Part shown: piece by piece, positions 41,420 to 51,309 of the stretch
Layout of the letters: each line of letters opens with the position of its first letter
Numbering within the stretch: position 1 is the stretch's first letter
DNA from: a bacterium
Lineage (GTDB): Bacteria > Patescibacteriota > Patescibacteriia > JAGPKW01
Length of the DNA stretch: 64,000 nucleotides
NCBI GenBank assembly: GCA_021780535.1
Contig: JAJXYN010000009.1
Coordinates: 5,631 to 69,630, forward strand
Reading direction: 5' to 3'
The notes under the pieces: generated by a model
What the model was told of the DNA's origin: nothing
Seen by the model: only the letters and a program-made list of their open reading frames with translations
The model's database searches: none
Position numbers and translations under genes: made by a program

Positions 41420-42478
41420 TTATTTTTCAGCTTCTTTTTGAGCTAACCCTATTGATATAGAAAACTTTGGTCCGATTTCTTGTAATATAGGAAATAATTC
41501 TTCTGGATAATCTACCCTAGCCCAAGGATTACCTAAAAATGTTCTTTTATTAAATTTATTTGATATGAAATTTGAAAGTCCTGATAATTGAGCTGTCCCA
41601 CCTGTTAAAATTATTTTTTCAACCACATCGCTTGATTGATTTTGAAAAATATTTAAAGCATATTTAATTTCATCAATTATTGGTTGAAGACTATTTGCAA
41701 TTATTTTTGATATTCCACCTTCTAAATCTCCCGCCAAACCTTGATCTTTTTTAAATTGTTCCGCTTGTTTAATATCAATATTTAAAACTTTTGAAATATT
41801 TTGAGTAATTCTACTTCCACCAAAATCTATACTTCTATTAACTATTGGAATTCCTTCTTTTACTACCAAAACAGAAGATATAGAATCACCAATATTACAA
41901 ATCATAGAAACAGAATTATCGTTTCCAATTAATGATCTTATCATTGCAAATGATTCTACGTCTAACGTCATTAATTCTAAACCAGAGGCTTTAAATATAT
42001 TTACAAATTTTGTAACTATATTTTTTGGAGCTGCCGTCAATAATATTTTATAGTTATTTATTTTTTCTTCTTTATTTAATGAACCTATAGGAGAATCTCC
42101 TAGTATTTGCCAGTTTAGAACAACTTCGGAAAGTGGCACTGGAATAAATTTTTTAGCTTCTATGTGTATAGCTTCTGTTAAATCTTTTTTATTAAGAGCT
42201 GAGATGTTTATAACAGAACTAAAAACAGAGTAGTTTGGCAAAGAAGCAACTACTTTACTACTTAAAGCTTTTGATTTTCTCATTATGAATTTTATAGCTT
42301 CTACTGTTTTATCAAAATCTTCTTCTTTTTCGCTTCTAACTATATCTAGTTCATGGTCTATATAACCATAAGTTCTAAGTCTTGATATGTGATTATCATT
42401 AATAAGCTCAATAAGCTTTATACTATTAACACCAATATCTATACCTAAAAAACTTTTTTTAGATGAATCAAAAAACAT
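41420..42478 (-). CDS. pilM: Type IV pilus assembly protein PilM
   Basis: LGIDIG, EAKKFIP, ILTGG, IGLA. Confidence 0.93.
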   Translation of the reverse strand: MFFDSSKKSFLGIDIGVNSIKLIELINDNHISRLRTYGYIDHELDIVRSEKEEDFDKTVEAIKFIMRKSKALSSKVVASLPNYSVFSSVINISALNKKDLTEAIHIEAKKFIPVPLSEVVLNWQILGDSPIGSLNKEEKINNYKILLTAAPKNIVTKFVNIFKASGLELMTLDVESFAMIRSLIGNDNSVSMICNIGDSISSVLVVKEGIPIVNRSIDFGGSRITQNISKVLNIDIKQAEQFKKDQGLAGDLEGGISKIIANSLQPIIDEIKYALNIFQNQSSDVVEKIILTGGTAQLSGLSNFISNKFNKRTFLGNPWARVDYPEELFPILQEIGPKFSISIGLAQKEAEK

Positions 42479-42578
42479 GTTTTTATTTTTAACCTTTTTA
42501 TACTAGTTTTATTATATCATAAAGGTTTAATATTAAAAAGTTGAAAAGAATATTATATTTTTTTACAATTCTTACCCC

Positions 42579-43055
42579 CTATAATGAATTTTCGTGTTTT
42601 AATAACCACTCTTTTTTATCTAGTCCGCCTGCATATCCTACTAATTTTTTATTCTTTCCTATTACTCTATGGCATGGGACTATTATTGCTATTGAATTTT
42701 TGTTATTTGCCCCACCTACTGCTCTTGATGCTTTTTTATTTCCTATTTTCTCTGCTATGTCTATATATGATAATGTTTCTCCGAATTTTATTTTTAATAA
42801 TTCTTTCCAAACTTTTTTCTGGAATTCTGTTCCTTCTAATTTATATTTTACTGTAAATATTTTTCTTTCTCCTTTAAAATATTCTTCTAATTCTTTTTCT
42901 ACTTGTTCTGTAATTTTATTTTTATTTTCTTCTAGTTTTTTATTACAAAAATCTAAACCTAAAAGATAATCATCGTCAGCGATTATTTTTAAATATCCTA
43001 TTGGAGACTTGTAATATGAAATATATTTTCTTATTTTATTCTGGATGTATTTCAT
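42579..43055 (-). CDS. ogt: Methylated-DNA--protein-cysteine methyltransferase
   Basis: GTEFQKKVW, RAVG, VPCHRV, GYAGG. Confidence 0.95.
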   Translation of the reverse strand: MKYIQNKIRKYISYYKSPIGYLKIIADDDYLLGLDFCNKKLEENKNKITEQVEKELEEYFKGERKIFTVKYKLEGTEFQKKVWKELLKIKFGETLSYIDIAEKIGNKKASRAVGGANNKNSIAIIVPCHRVIGKNKKLVGYAGGLDKKEWLLKHENSL

Positions 43056-45135
43056 TTTCTTTTATTTTTATTTTTTCTTTCAACCCTTTTAATGTATTTA
43101 ATTCTGGATCTTCTTTTATTATTTCCTCTGCCTCTTTTTTTGCATTTAACATTATGCCAACATCAAATATGTTTGCTATTTTTAAATCTGGAATATTTCC
43201 TGATTGTATTAACCCATACATATCTCCTGCTCCTCTTGTTTTCATATCTATTTCTGCAAGTTCAAATGATGATTTTGCTCTTATTATTGAATCTAATCTA
43301 TTTAACACTTTTTCTGTTTTACTTTTTGTATATAAAAAACAGTATGATTGTGCATCGCTTCTCCCAACTCTTCCTCTTAATTGATATAAACTCGCTAATC
43401 CAAATTTTTCTGATCCTAATATTACTATTGTGTTTGCATTTGGGACATCTACCCCCACCTCTACTACTGACGTTGATATTAATATGTTTATTTTTCCATC
43501 GCTAAATTCTTTTTCTACTTTATTTTTTTCTGTTGATTTTAATTTTCCATGCAATATTTCTATGTTGTATTTTTCAAATGGTTTTAATTTTTTGAAATGT
43601 TCAAATACTGATTTTGCTGACTTTATTTCTAATTCAAATTCTGTTTCTGATTCTGTTTCTTCTATTAATGGACATATTATGTATATTTGTTTTTTTTGTT
43701 TTAATTCTTTTAATAAAAATAAATATACTTCTTTTAATTCTGTTACTATTTTTGTTTCTATTGGTTTTCTATTTAATGGTTTTTCATCTAATACTGATAA
43801 ATCTAAGTCCCCATAAAATGCCAAGGCTAATGTTCTTGGTATTGGTGTTGCAGTTACTGATAAAAAATGTGGATATATTTCATTATCTGTATTTATATTT
43901 TCATGAGTTAATAGATGTCTTTGTTTTACCCCAAATCTGTGTTGTTCATCTATTACTACGAATGCTAGATTTTTTATTTTTATATTTTCTTGAACTAGTG
44001 CATGTGTTCCAACTATTATATTTATTTCATTATTTTTTATTTTTTCTTCTAATTTTTTCTTTGTAATTTTTTCATTATTTAATAAACATTCTGATCCTGT
44101 GAGTAATGCTATGTTTATGTTTTTTATATATTCTTTATCTAAAAATAGACTGCATATTTTTCTATAATGTTGTGCTGCTAATATTGAAGTTGGCACCATT
44201 ATTGCTGAATTATACCCACTTAAAAATACATTTAATACTGATATTAAAAATATTACCGTTTTGCCAGATCCTACATCACCCTCTAACAATCTATTTGATG
44301 GTATATTATTTTCTACATCTTTTAATATTTGCCAAGTAACTTTTTTTTGTTTTTCTGTTAAATTAAATCCTAAATTGTTTATAAATAACTTTGTTTCTTC
44401 TTCAAAGAATTTTACTTTATATGATCTTCTGTTTTGAAATTTATATTTTCTTCTTTCGTTTAGTAATTGTAAAAAAAATAACTCATCAAATTTTAATCTT
44501 TCTTTTGATATTTCTAATAATTTTTGATCTGTTGGGTAATGTAAATTTTTTAAAGCACTTTGGATGTTTTGATAATGATATTTTTCTTTTATTTTTTCTG
44601 GTAAATAATCTTTTATTACTATATCTTTCTCAAATATTTTCTTCCCTATATTTCTTAATATATTTTGCTTTAATGTTTTTGTTGTTCTATATATTGGATT
44701 TATTAAATCTGATTTGAATTCTTTTTTTGGATTATATTTTCTATACAACGGATTTATTAATTCTATGATTCCATAATTTTCTGTTGTTTCCCCTATGAAA
44801 TAATAAAGCTCTCCTTGAATCAAAGAATCCTTAACCCAAGCATTATTAAACCACACTGCTTCTACTTTCCCTGTGTCATCTTTTAATATTGCTTTTGTAA
44901 AATTTGCTCTTTTTATATAACTTCTTTTTGAGTCAACCAATTCTACCCTAGCTAAGAAAATACATTTTTCGCCAATTAATATATCTTTTATTTTTAATTT
45001 ATTTTTAAATATTTCGTATCTAAACGGATAATGAAAAATAAAATCTTCAACAGTTGCAAGACCTATTTTTTTTAATTTTATTAATGTCTTATCACCTATT
45101 CCTGATATTGATTTTAAGCTATCCTTAATATCCAT
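43036..45135 (-). CDS. recG: ATP-dependent DNA helicase RecG
   Basis: GDVGSGKT, DEQHRFGV, TATPIPRTL, QLRGRVGR. Confidence 0.97.
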   Translation of the reverse strand: MDIKDSLKSISGIGDKTLIKLKKIGLATVEDFIFHYPFRYEIFKNKLKIKDILIGEKCIFLARVELVDSKRSYIKRANFTKAILKDDTGKVEAVWFNNAWVKDSLIQGELYYFIGETTENYGIIELINPLYRKYNPKKEFKSDLINPIYRTTKTLKQNILRNIGKKIFEKDIVIKDYLPEKIKEKYHYQNIQSALKNLHYPTDQKLLEISKERLKFDELFFLQLLNERRKYKFQNRRSYKVKFFEEETKLFINNLGFNLTEKQKKVTWQILKDVENNIPSNRLLEGDVGSGKTVIFLISVLNVFLSGYNSAIMVPTSILAAQHYRKICSLFLDKEYIKNINIALLTGSECLLNNEKITKKKLEEKIKNNEINIIVGTHALVQENIKIKNLAFVVIDEQHRFGVKQRHLLTHENINTDNEIYPHFLSVTATPIPRTLALAFYGDLDLSVLDEKPLNRKPIETKIVTELKEVYLFLLKELKQKKQIYIICPLIEETESETEFELEIKSAKSVFEHFKKLKPFEKYNIEILHGKLKSTEKNKVEKEFSDGKINILISTSVVEVGVDVPNANTIVILGSEKFGLASLYQLRGRVGRSDAQSYCFLYTKSKTEKVLNRLDSIIRAKSSFELAEIDMKTRGAGDMYGLIQSGNIPDLKIANIFDVGIMLNAKKEAEEIIKEDPELNTLKGLKEKIKIKENEIHPE

Positions 45136-45177
45136 ATTATATAAATAAATATGGACGCATAATTATGCGCCCTTATA

Positions 45178-45771
45178 TTATAATTTTAATAATCTCTCTA
45201 TTTGATCTGATAAATGTTCATATTTTCTAACAGTATTTTCTGGTATATATTGGTTTAATGTTTCTCTTATTAGTAAAGGATTTTCTTTTTCTAAATCTAC
45301 TCCAACACTAGGAGCTGTTAATGCTTTTAACAAGAAATAAATTTTTTTAACATTTCTTTCTGGTTCATATATTATATAATATTCTTTTATTTGTTCCCAT
45401 TTATAAAACATGTCTTCTAATTTTATCCCGTCTTCATATATTGAGAATGTTAATAAATCTGGTTTTTTAAATTTAAACATAACTATAAATAATGACGACA
45501 TTATTATAATTACTAAAAATAAAAAATTTTTAGTTGAAACGCAATATATAGACATAAAAATTATAAATAACCCAGCAACTATATACCAAAGTCTGCCTCT
45601 TGTATGATCTAAATGTTCATAAAAAGACCATTCATGCAATAATTCTCCATGGTATTCTTCTACTGTTTCATCTGTATTATTATTTTTTGATGTATAATAG
45701 CCATCATCATTATTGTTCTCTGCATTACTTTCTTGACTGTTTTTTATTATGTTATATTTAATATCTGGCAT
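45178..45771 (-). CDS. Conserved membrane protein (two TM helices plus PH-like domain)
   Basis: RGRLWY, two TM helices, soluble C-terminus. Confidence 0.65.
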   Translation of the reverse strand: MPDIKYNIIKNSQESNAENNNDDGYYTSKNNNTDETVEEYHGELLHEWSFYEHLDHTRGRLWYIVAGLFIIFMSIYCVSTKNFLFLVIIIMSSLFIVMFKFKKPDLLTFSIYEDGIKLEDMFYKWEQIKEYYIIYEPERNVKKIYFLLKALTAPSVGVDLEKENPLLIRETLNQYIPENTVRKYEHLSDQIERLLKL

Positions 45772-45775
45772 ATTT

Positions 45776-45829
45776 TTAGTTTAACTAGTTTAACTAGTTT
45801 AGTTGATTGAGTTAATTATTCAACTAAAC
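45776..45829. repeat. Degenerate tandem repeat / hairpin (TAGTTTAAC-like)
   Basis: TTTAGTTTAACTAGTTTAACTAGTTTAGTTGATTGAGTTAATTATTCAACTAAAC. Confidence 0.55.
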
Positions 45830-46005
45830 AAAATAATTTAAATTAATTATATCACAATATAAAAAAATATTATAAAAATTATTTTATTTAATTTTAGCTG
45901 TTTTTTGTATTAATTAACATTTTTACACAATATTGACCTAATTTTAAAGTTATAGTATTATATTTAACATTGATTTTCATAAGTCAATGCAATATATCAT
46001 ATCTT

Positions 46006-46090
46006 GGAGAGCTGGCAGAGTGGTCGAATGCGACAGTCTTGAAAACTGTTATACCGCAAGGTATCAGGGGTTCGAATCCCTTGCTCTCCG
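46006..46090 (+). tRNA. tRNA-Ser(TGA), CCA not encoded
   Basis: GGAGAGC acceptor stem, ACAGT-CTTGAAA-ACTGT, long variable arm, GGTTCGAATCC, G73 followed by CCG. Confidence 0.95.
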
Positions 46091-46268
46091 CCGTCAGGGG
46101 CGACCCCGAAGCGTCTATACGCTTTGTGGTGCTCACAAAAAACAAAAAAACTATCAGATTTGATAGTTTTTTTGTTTTTTATTTCTCTAAGGTTCCTCAA
46201 TAAATTTTATCAAAATTTCTCGATATTCGAAATCTAGAAAATGCATAAAAATAAGAATAATTTATAAG

Positions 46269-47093
46269 TTAAAAATCTCTAAATCTTCTATTTTTATGAA
46301 TATGAAAAGAAAGATTAATTCCAGACTCTTTGCATAGATTTGAAAAAATATTTAATACCTCACTCCTTGTTAAATCAAACCAATCCACCAAGTCTCTGTT
46401 ATTTATGCAATAAGATTGTCTATCTTTGTTAAATGTATTATTGATATGTATTTCGTTGTTTTGTATAGCTAAAAAATATCTTTCTCTTATTGATCTTAAT
46501 AATTCGACAATAACTTCTAACTTACTTCTCCATATATCATTCTTTATATAAGATTTGCCATGTAATTGTTTTAGAATATTATTATCTCTATCTCTTTGAA
46601 CTCCAGTATTCAATGCAATTATAGTGTCTTCTATTGCTTTATCAAAAGCTTCCATAGACCCTTCTTGTTGAAAAACATCTTGGAATACTGGTCTATCAAA
46701 ACAGTCTGCATAAAATTTAATAAGCTCAATATCGTTGGTTATAATGTTATTTTTTGCATTTTCAATTTCATGCAATACCTTTTCTTCTGATATAATTTTC
46801 CATTTTTTTATTTCTTTTTCTGTATATCTTTTCTCGTCCCTATCTATCATAGAAGCACAATTAGAGCATAACCAGATACCATTTTCAAATGATTTACGTT
46901 CTTTTGAAGTTAGACTTTTATTATATCTTTTACCTCCTGGTGATGCTGCTGAAATATGAGAAGCTATACCAATGTTTGTAGTTTTGTCCGTAGATGGCCC
47001 TATTGTTAGTTTTTCACAACCAGGATTAGAACACCTATAACCAACTCTTTTTGCTAGTAGCTCTTTTGTTTTTTGGTTGAAATCATCTCTCAT
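46269..47093 (-). CDS. HNH-like zinc-binding domain protein (defence-associated type)
   Basis: RDDF...LAKRVGYRCSNPGC...ASHISAASPGGKRY...NGIWLCSNCASMID. Confidence 0.75.
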   Translation of the reverse strand: MRDDFNQKTKELLAKRVGYRCSNPGCEKLTIGPSTDKTTNIGIASHISAASPGGKRYNKSLTSKERKSFENGIWLCSNCASMIDRDEKRYTEKEIKKWKIISEEKVLHEIENAKNNIITNDIELIKFYADCFDRPVFQDVFQQEGSMEAFDKAIEDTIIALNTGVQRDRDNNILKQLHGKSYIKNDIWRSKLEVIVELLRSIRERYFLAIQNNEIHINNTFNKDRQSYCINNRDLVDWFDLTRSEVLNIFSNLCKESGINLSFHIHKNRRFRDF

Positions 47094-47183
47094 ATAAGTA
47101 TAATTTATTTACTGTTTTATTATATCATTTATTTTTTACTTGTGATATTTTTTAAATAATAAATAAACACTTAACTAAAAAAT

Positions 47184-47441
47184 ATGCAAAAAAATAAAGA
47201 TCATATTGCACTTAAATTTTTAACTGGCTCTAAAAACAATTTAGTAGATCAAAGCGAAATTTATGGTGGAGTTGAAATGAATGGTGAAAGTAATAAGATT
47301 AAAAGATCCAAAATAGATATTAAAAAAACAATACAAGAACATCCTATTAAAACTATTATTATAGGTTCAATAATAACTCTTACAATAACTATTATTGGAT
47401 CAGTTATTGGATTAATTATAGAATATACTTTTTTCAAATAA
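47184..47441 (+). CDS. Hypothetical protein with C-terminal TM helix
   Basis: 85 aa ORF with hydrophobic tail. Confidence 0.55.
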   Translation: MQKNKDHIALKFLTGSKNNLVDQSEIYGGVEMNGESNKIKRSKIDIKKTIQEHPIKTIIIGSIITLTITIIGSVIGLIIEYTFFK

Positions 47442-47594
47442 AATTAAACCTTTACTAAATTTATTTTCTTATACTTTATAATAAATTTATTTTATACTTA
47501 AAATGAAAACATTAATGCGACACTGGTTTCTCTTGATATGAAAATCTTCATCGTTTCTTCATTTTAATTTGATATAATTTTTAATTTGCAAAAT

Positions 47595-48164
47595 ATGAAC
47601 TCTGATAAATATTTTATATCTCAAATAAAACCTGATGGGACAATAATTTCTCCAAATGATTGGTTAAAGAAAGTTGGGGCTTTTGTTGAAAATAGACAAT
47701 TAGCTTTACCACATGAATGTATACTCATTCCTTTATCTGCAGCAAGCAGAGCTGTTGAAATTTTTAATACAAGTACTGAATACACTCAAAAATTAGAATC
47801 TGCATTATTAATAGCTTTATCCGTAAGAGTTGCAGAAACTGCTTTTTATAATAAATTTGCTAAATGGTTCGAAGTTCAATCTCAAACAAAAATGTGTGAT
47901 CATTGCATAAGAAATAGTAAGGTTTTTAATAATGATGAAGTAAAAAAATACAGAAAACTTTGTAATGAAAAAATAATTCATGTAATGGAAAATCAATCTA
48001 TGATAAATCCTAATGATTTAATTTATGCAATAAATTATTACGATGAAGTTTTAAAATTACCACTTATAGATCCTATAAAAATTACTAGTGAATTTAAAAT
48101 AACTGTTTGCGATAAATGTTTAGTAAAAAATGGAATAATAAAACAAGATAAAAAAAAGAATTAA
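47595..48164 (+). CDS. Hypothetical protein with two CxxC motifs
   Basis: CDHC and CDKC; likely ATG start at 47595. Confidence 0.6.
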   Translation: MNSDKYFISQIKPDGTIISPNDWLKKVGAFVENRQLALPHECILIPLSAASRAVEIFNTSTEYTQKLESALLIALSVRVAETAFYNKFAKWFEVQSQTKMCDHCIRNSKVFNNDEVKKYRKLCNEKIIHVMENQSMINPNDLIYAINYYDEVLKLPLIDPIKITSEFKITVCDKCLVKNGIIKQDKKKN

Positions 48165-48370
48165 TTCTTAATTAAATTAATTTTTTTATCCTTCATAATA
48201 AATTTATTTTTAAACATACTCATAAATTCTCTTCTCTCATTTATTGAACCATGATTTAAAATAAATTTTGCATAATCTATTAAATCTACTTTTTTATCAT
48301 CCATATTTCTTTCTACATTATTTATTTTTACAATAAACATCTTTTGATCTTCTGCATCCATAATAAACAT
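48161..48370 (-). pseudogene. Possible C-terminal remnant of a large serine recombinase
   Basis: DLIDYAKFILNHGSINERREFM...KFIMKDKKI resembles, from memory, the tail of CPR recombinase-family proteins; no catalytic domain. Confidence 0.4.
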
Positions 48371-48388
48371 ATTTACTGTGTATTACTA

Positions 48389-49246
48389 TTATTTATTATC
48401 ACTTTCTAATGCAAATTTCGCAACGATATCTTCAAAAGAATTAAAATCTATAGGCTTTCTAGGAATTAACTCATTATCATATCTAGGACACAAATTATTC
48501 TCATCATATATTGTTTTTAATAATTTTAAGGTATTTATATATTTCTCTGTTACAGCCTTTTTTGTTGGATCTTCTAAAATTTGATTGCATTTTTCACAAA
48601 ATAATAAAAACGAATCATTAAACGTTGCTCTTTCAGTTGGGTTTATAACATACCCCTTAATTGTGCCTTCATGTAATGGAATATTATATTCAACTATATG
48701 CTTTGACTTCTCAAGATTATAAAATGCATTTGGAAAATTTTTTTTAAATAACTCACCCATTTCGCTAGTAAAAGAAATGGCTATCCAAGATTGCTTACTT
48801 TCTAAATCATGTGCATCTAAGATAGCTTGGCCAACAATAAAATTAATATTTTTCGCAACGATTGGATTTCTGTTAACAACTTGTGTTGATATATCTCCTT
48901 TATGCCAGGAATATTCTCCAAAAGAAATTGCTCCTCTTATTGGGATTGGATTAAAGCCTGGTATTTGACATTTATAAAAATATTGATGATTTATTAACTG
49001 TATTGCCATTATGAAATTATAAAACCCTTTTTCACTATTTTCTATTAATCTTATTGCAATTGTATCAGAGTAGACCATAAACTCTAATTTTTCTTTCATA
49101 ACATCTGCAGTGAAAAACGAAGAAGTTATAACATGTGCATATTCATCTATCACAGATTGAATAGTGTTTAATTTTACATAATCCTTAAAACCTAACATGT
49201 CTAGAACTGCAATCGGTCCATTGTAAATTGGGATTGAGTTATTCAT
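48389..49246 (-). CDS. Class III nucleotidyl cyclase-like protein
   Basis: AVLDMLGF, YSDT, IRGAISFGE, GQAILDAHDLE. Confidence 0.65.
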   Translation of the reverse strand: MNNSIPIYNGPIAVLDMLGFKDYVKLNTIQSVIDEYAHVITSSFFTADVMKEKLEFMVYSDTIAIRLIENSEKGFYNFIMAIQLINHQYFYKCQIPGFNPIPIRGAISFGEYSWHKGDISTQVVNRNPIVAKNINFIVGQAILDAHDLESKQSWIAISFTSEMGELFKKNFPNAFYNLEKSKHIVEYNIPLHEGTIKGYVINPTERATFNDSFLLFCEKCNQILEDPTKKAVTEKYINTLKLLKTIYDENNLCPRYDNELIPRKPIDFNSFEDIVAKFALESDNK

Positions 49247-49365
49247 TTTATTTTATTAATTAAAAAAATTAATTCCTATTAAACACTAATTAAATTGTAC
49301 CATAAAAAATTTAATTAGCATGAATAAAAATAATTGGGCTTTAGCTCAATTATTTTTATTTATAT

Positions 49366-50526
49366 TTAATCACCTTCCTCCGTATTATTATCCTCATTTC
49401 TATGTGAATCTTTATTGTTATTATTATCATTATTAACATTATCTAGACTTTGAACATTATTATCCTGACTCTGTTGATTGTTTTTTATTTCTTGTTGTTG
49501 CGCTTGCACGTTATCTGTATTTGTTTCTTGTTTTTTATTTTGTGCATTTTCTTGTGTCTTGTCTGTATTTTTTATTGTAGTAGAATTGTCGTTTTGATTA
49601 TTACTTTCTCCATTGTCTTGCTTGTTTGTTTTTTTAGTATCTTCTGACTTTATATCTTCTGGCTTTACATCTTCTTTTTTAACATTTTCTTGTTTATTAA
49701 TATTTTCATTTTTTATATCTTCTTGTTTTTTATCAATATTTTGTTTTTCTGGACTATTATTTTCTACATTACTATCAATATTTTCTTGTTTATTGTCTGG
49801 ATTATTTTCAATATTTTTATCTGAATTTATTGTGTTGTTATTTTCTGTAATACTAGGCTCTATCTGATCTATAACTTTCAATGTTTCTTTTAGAATATCT
49901 TGATTAATCTTTTTATCTCCACTTAAAATCTTTTTTTCTTCTTTTATTTTATTAAATACTTCTTTTTGTATTGTTTTTTTTGTTTCAAATATTTTTGTAG
50001 CTTCTTTTTTTTGTTCTATATTTGTTATATTTACTATTTCTTTTTGTATTTTATTATTTATTTTTGATATTTCTAATATTGTATTTGCTATTGCAGAATT
50101 GTATTTTGTCGTATTATCGTCTGCATATGCCACATTTATCAAAGAAAATTGTTGATCTATCTTATTAAAATTTTTTGATTTTAAATATTCTATTTCTGCT
50201 ACTCTTTTGTCTAATAATACAGAATAATATTTTACTTTTGACAAACCTGTTTTTGTTCCAGAGATAAAATTTTCTAAACCTGTTTTTACTCCATAAAGAG
50301 CACTCCCATATACTACTGAACTTGAATTATATGAATATGCAGTAACTGATGTTAATGTAAAAATCAAAGCAAAACTAACCATGGCTGGCTTTAAAATATA
50401 ATTTAATTTAAAAATATTCAAATGCTTAAAATACAATCTAAATAATATCCTAAGACTTCTTATTGGACTTAGATTTTTTTTTGATATTTTATTTAATTTT
50501 TCTATTAACTCAATTTCTTGTTTCAT
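49366..50526 (-). CDS. Putative anti-sigma factor (DUF5667-like) with N/Q-rich tail
   Basis: Overlaps sigma gene; TM helix then VYGSALYGVKTGLE...KRVAEI. Confidence 0.7.
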   Translation of the reverse strand: MKQEIELIEKLNKISKKNLSPIRSLRILFRLYFKHLNIFKLNYILKPAMVSFALIFTLTSVTAYSYNSSSVVYGSALYGVKTGLENFISGTKTGLSKVKYYSVLLDKRVAEIEYLKSKNFNKIDQQFSLINVAYADDNTTKYNSAIANTILEISKINNKIQKEIVNITNIEQKKEATKIFETKKTIQKEVFNKIKEEKKILSGDKKINQDILKETLKVIDQIEPSITENNNTINSDKNIENNPDNKQENIDSNVENNSPEKQNIDKKQEDIKNENINKQENVKKEDVKPEDIKSEDTKKTNKQDNGESNNQNDNSTTIKNTDKTQENAQNKKQETNTDNVQAQQQEIKNNQQSQDNNVQSLDNVNNDNNNNKDSHRNEDNNTEEGD

Positions 50527-51043
50527 TTTTATTGTTAATAATTTCTTTCAATTTTGTTAATGCTCTAGATATTCCAGTTCTTATTGATGTTTTGTTTTTC
50601 CCTAATATTGCTTCCATCTCTTCATAATCTAGATCATCAAAAAATTTTAAAGCTATTAAATATTGATCTGTTTTGTTTAATTCTTTTATGCTTTTTTTTA
50701 TGTCTTCTGATCTTATTTTAGAGTCTATTAAATTATTTAGAAATTCTTTATTGTCTGCTATTGTTATTTTACTATCTATAGCTTCTTCTAAATCATCTAT
50801 TATTAATAACTCTTTATTTTTTCTGAAATAGTCAATTAAATGATTGTGCGCTATTCTATATATCCACACTTTAAGATTACCCTCATTTTCTAAGGAATCT
50901 ATTTTTTCTATTACTTTTTCAAAGATGTCTTCTGTTAAATCTTCTGATAATTCTTTATCAAAATTTGTTCTGAATAAAAAATAATTAAATATTTTATCTT
51001 TGAATGTATTATATATTTCTGTAAATTTAGAGAAATCAGACAT
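50510..51043 (-). CDS. ECF RNA polymerase sigma factor
   Basis: SEDLTEDIF, WIYRIAHNHLIDYFRK, region 4 HTH. Confidence 0.93.
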   Translation of the reverse strand: MSDFSKFTEIYNTFKDKIFNYFLFRTNFDKELSEDLTEDIFEKVIEKIDSLENEGNLKVWIYRIAHNHLIDYFRKNKELLIIDDLEEAIDSKITIADNKEFLNNLIDSKIRSEDIKKSIKELNKTDQYLIALKFFDDLDYEEMEAILGKNKTSIRTGISRALTKLKEIINNKNETRN

Positions 51044-51064
51044 AATTATTTTTTCTTAAATTAA

Positions 51065-51092
51065 GAGACGTATTACTTAATACTTTATTACA
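51065..51092 (-). promoter_or_regulatory. ECF promoter P1 (autoregulatory)
   Basis: TGTAAT-N16-CGTCTC facing the sigma gene. Confidence 0.8.
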
Positions 51093-51116
51093 TTTTTGTA
51101 TAAAAATCTACTGCTG

Positions 51117-51144
51117 TGTAATATATTTTTAAATTAATCGTCTC
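51117..51144 (+). promoter_or_regulatory. ECF promoter P2
   Basis: TGTAAT-N16-CGTCTC. Confidence 0.8.
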
Positions 51145-51149
51145 TATAT

Positions 51150-51215
51150 ATACAAAAATAAAAAATTGCTTGCTTAATAATAGGTTTGCAATATAAGCTC
51201 GTAAAGAGCTTTTTT
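51150..51215 (+). ncRNA. Candidate ECF-dependent sRNA
   Basis: Lies between P2 and the terminator AAGCTC-GTAAA-GAGCTTTTTT (51195-51215); no convincing ORF. Confidence 0.5.
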
Positions 51216-51234
51216 AATTTATGTATTTTAAAAA

Positions 51235-51262
51235 TGTAACACTTTTTTAAAATATACGTCTC
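51235..51262 (+). promoter_or_regulatory. ECF promoter P3
   Basis: TGTAAC-N16-CGTCTC upstream of the FMN-binding protein gene. Confidence 0.8.
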
Positions 51263-51309
51263 TATATAAGTAAGAATTAAATAACTAAATAAATATTAAT
51301 CATAAATAT

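Noticed and set aside
42541-44717. Many F/L/I/S-rich ORFs antisense to recG/ogt, and similar ones elsewhere
   Set aside because: These are antisense shadows of K/E/N-rich AT-biased genes and carry no motifs.
45970-46203. ORFs 45970..46203(+) and 45997..46200(-)
   Set aside because: They overlap tRNA-Ser and are shadow ORFs; the same applies to 30213..30395, which starts in tRNA-Thr and is antisense to lysS.
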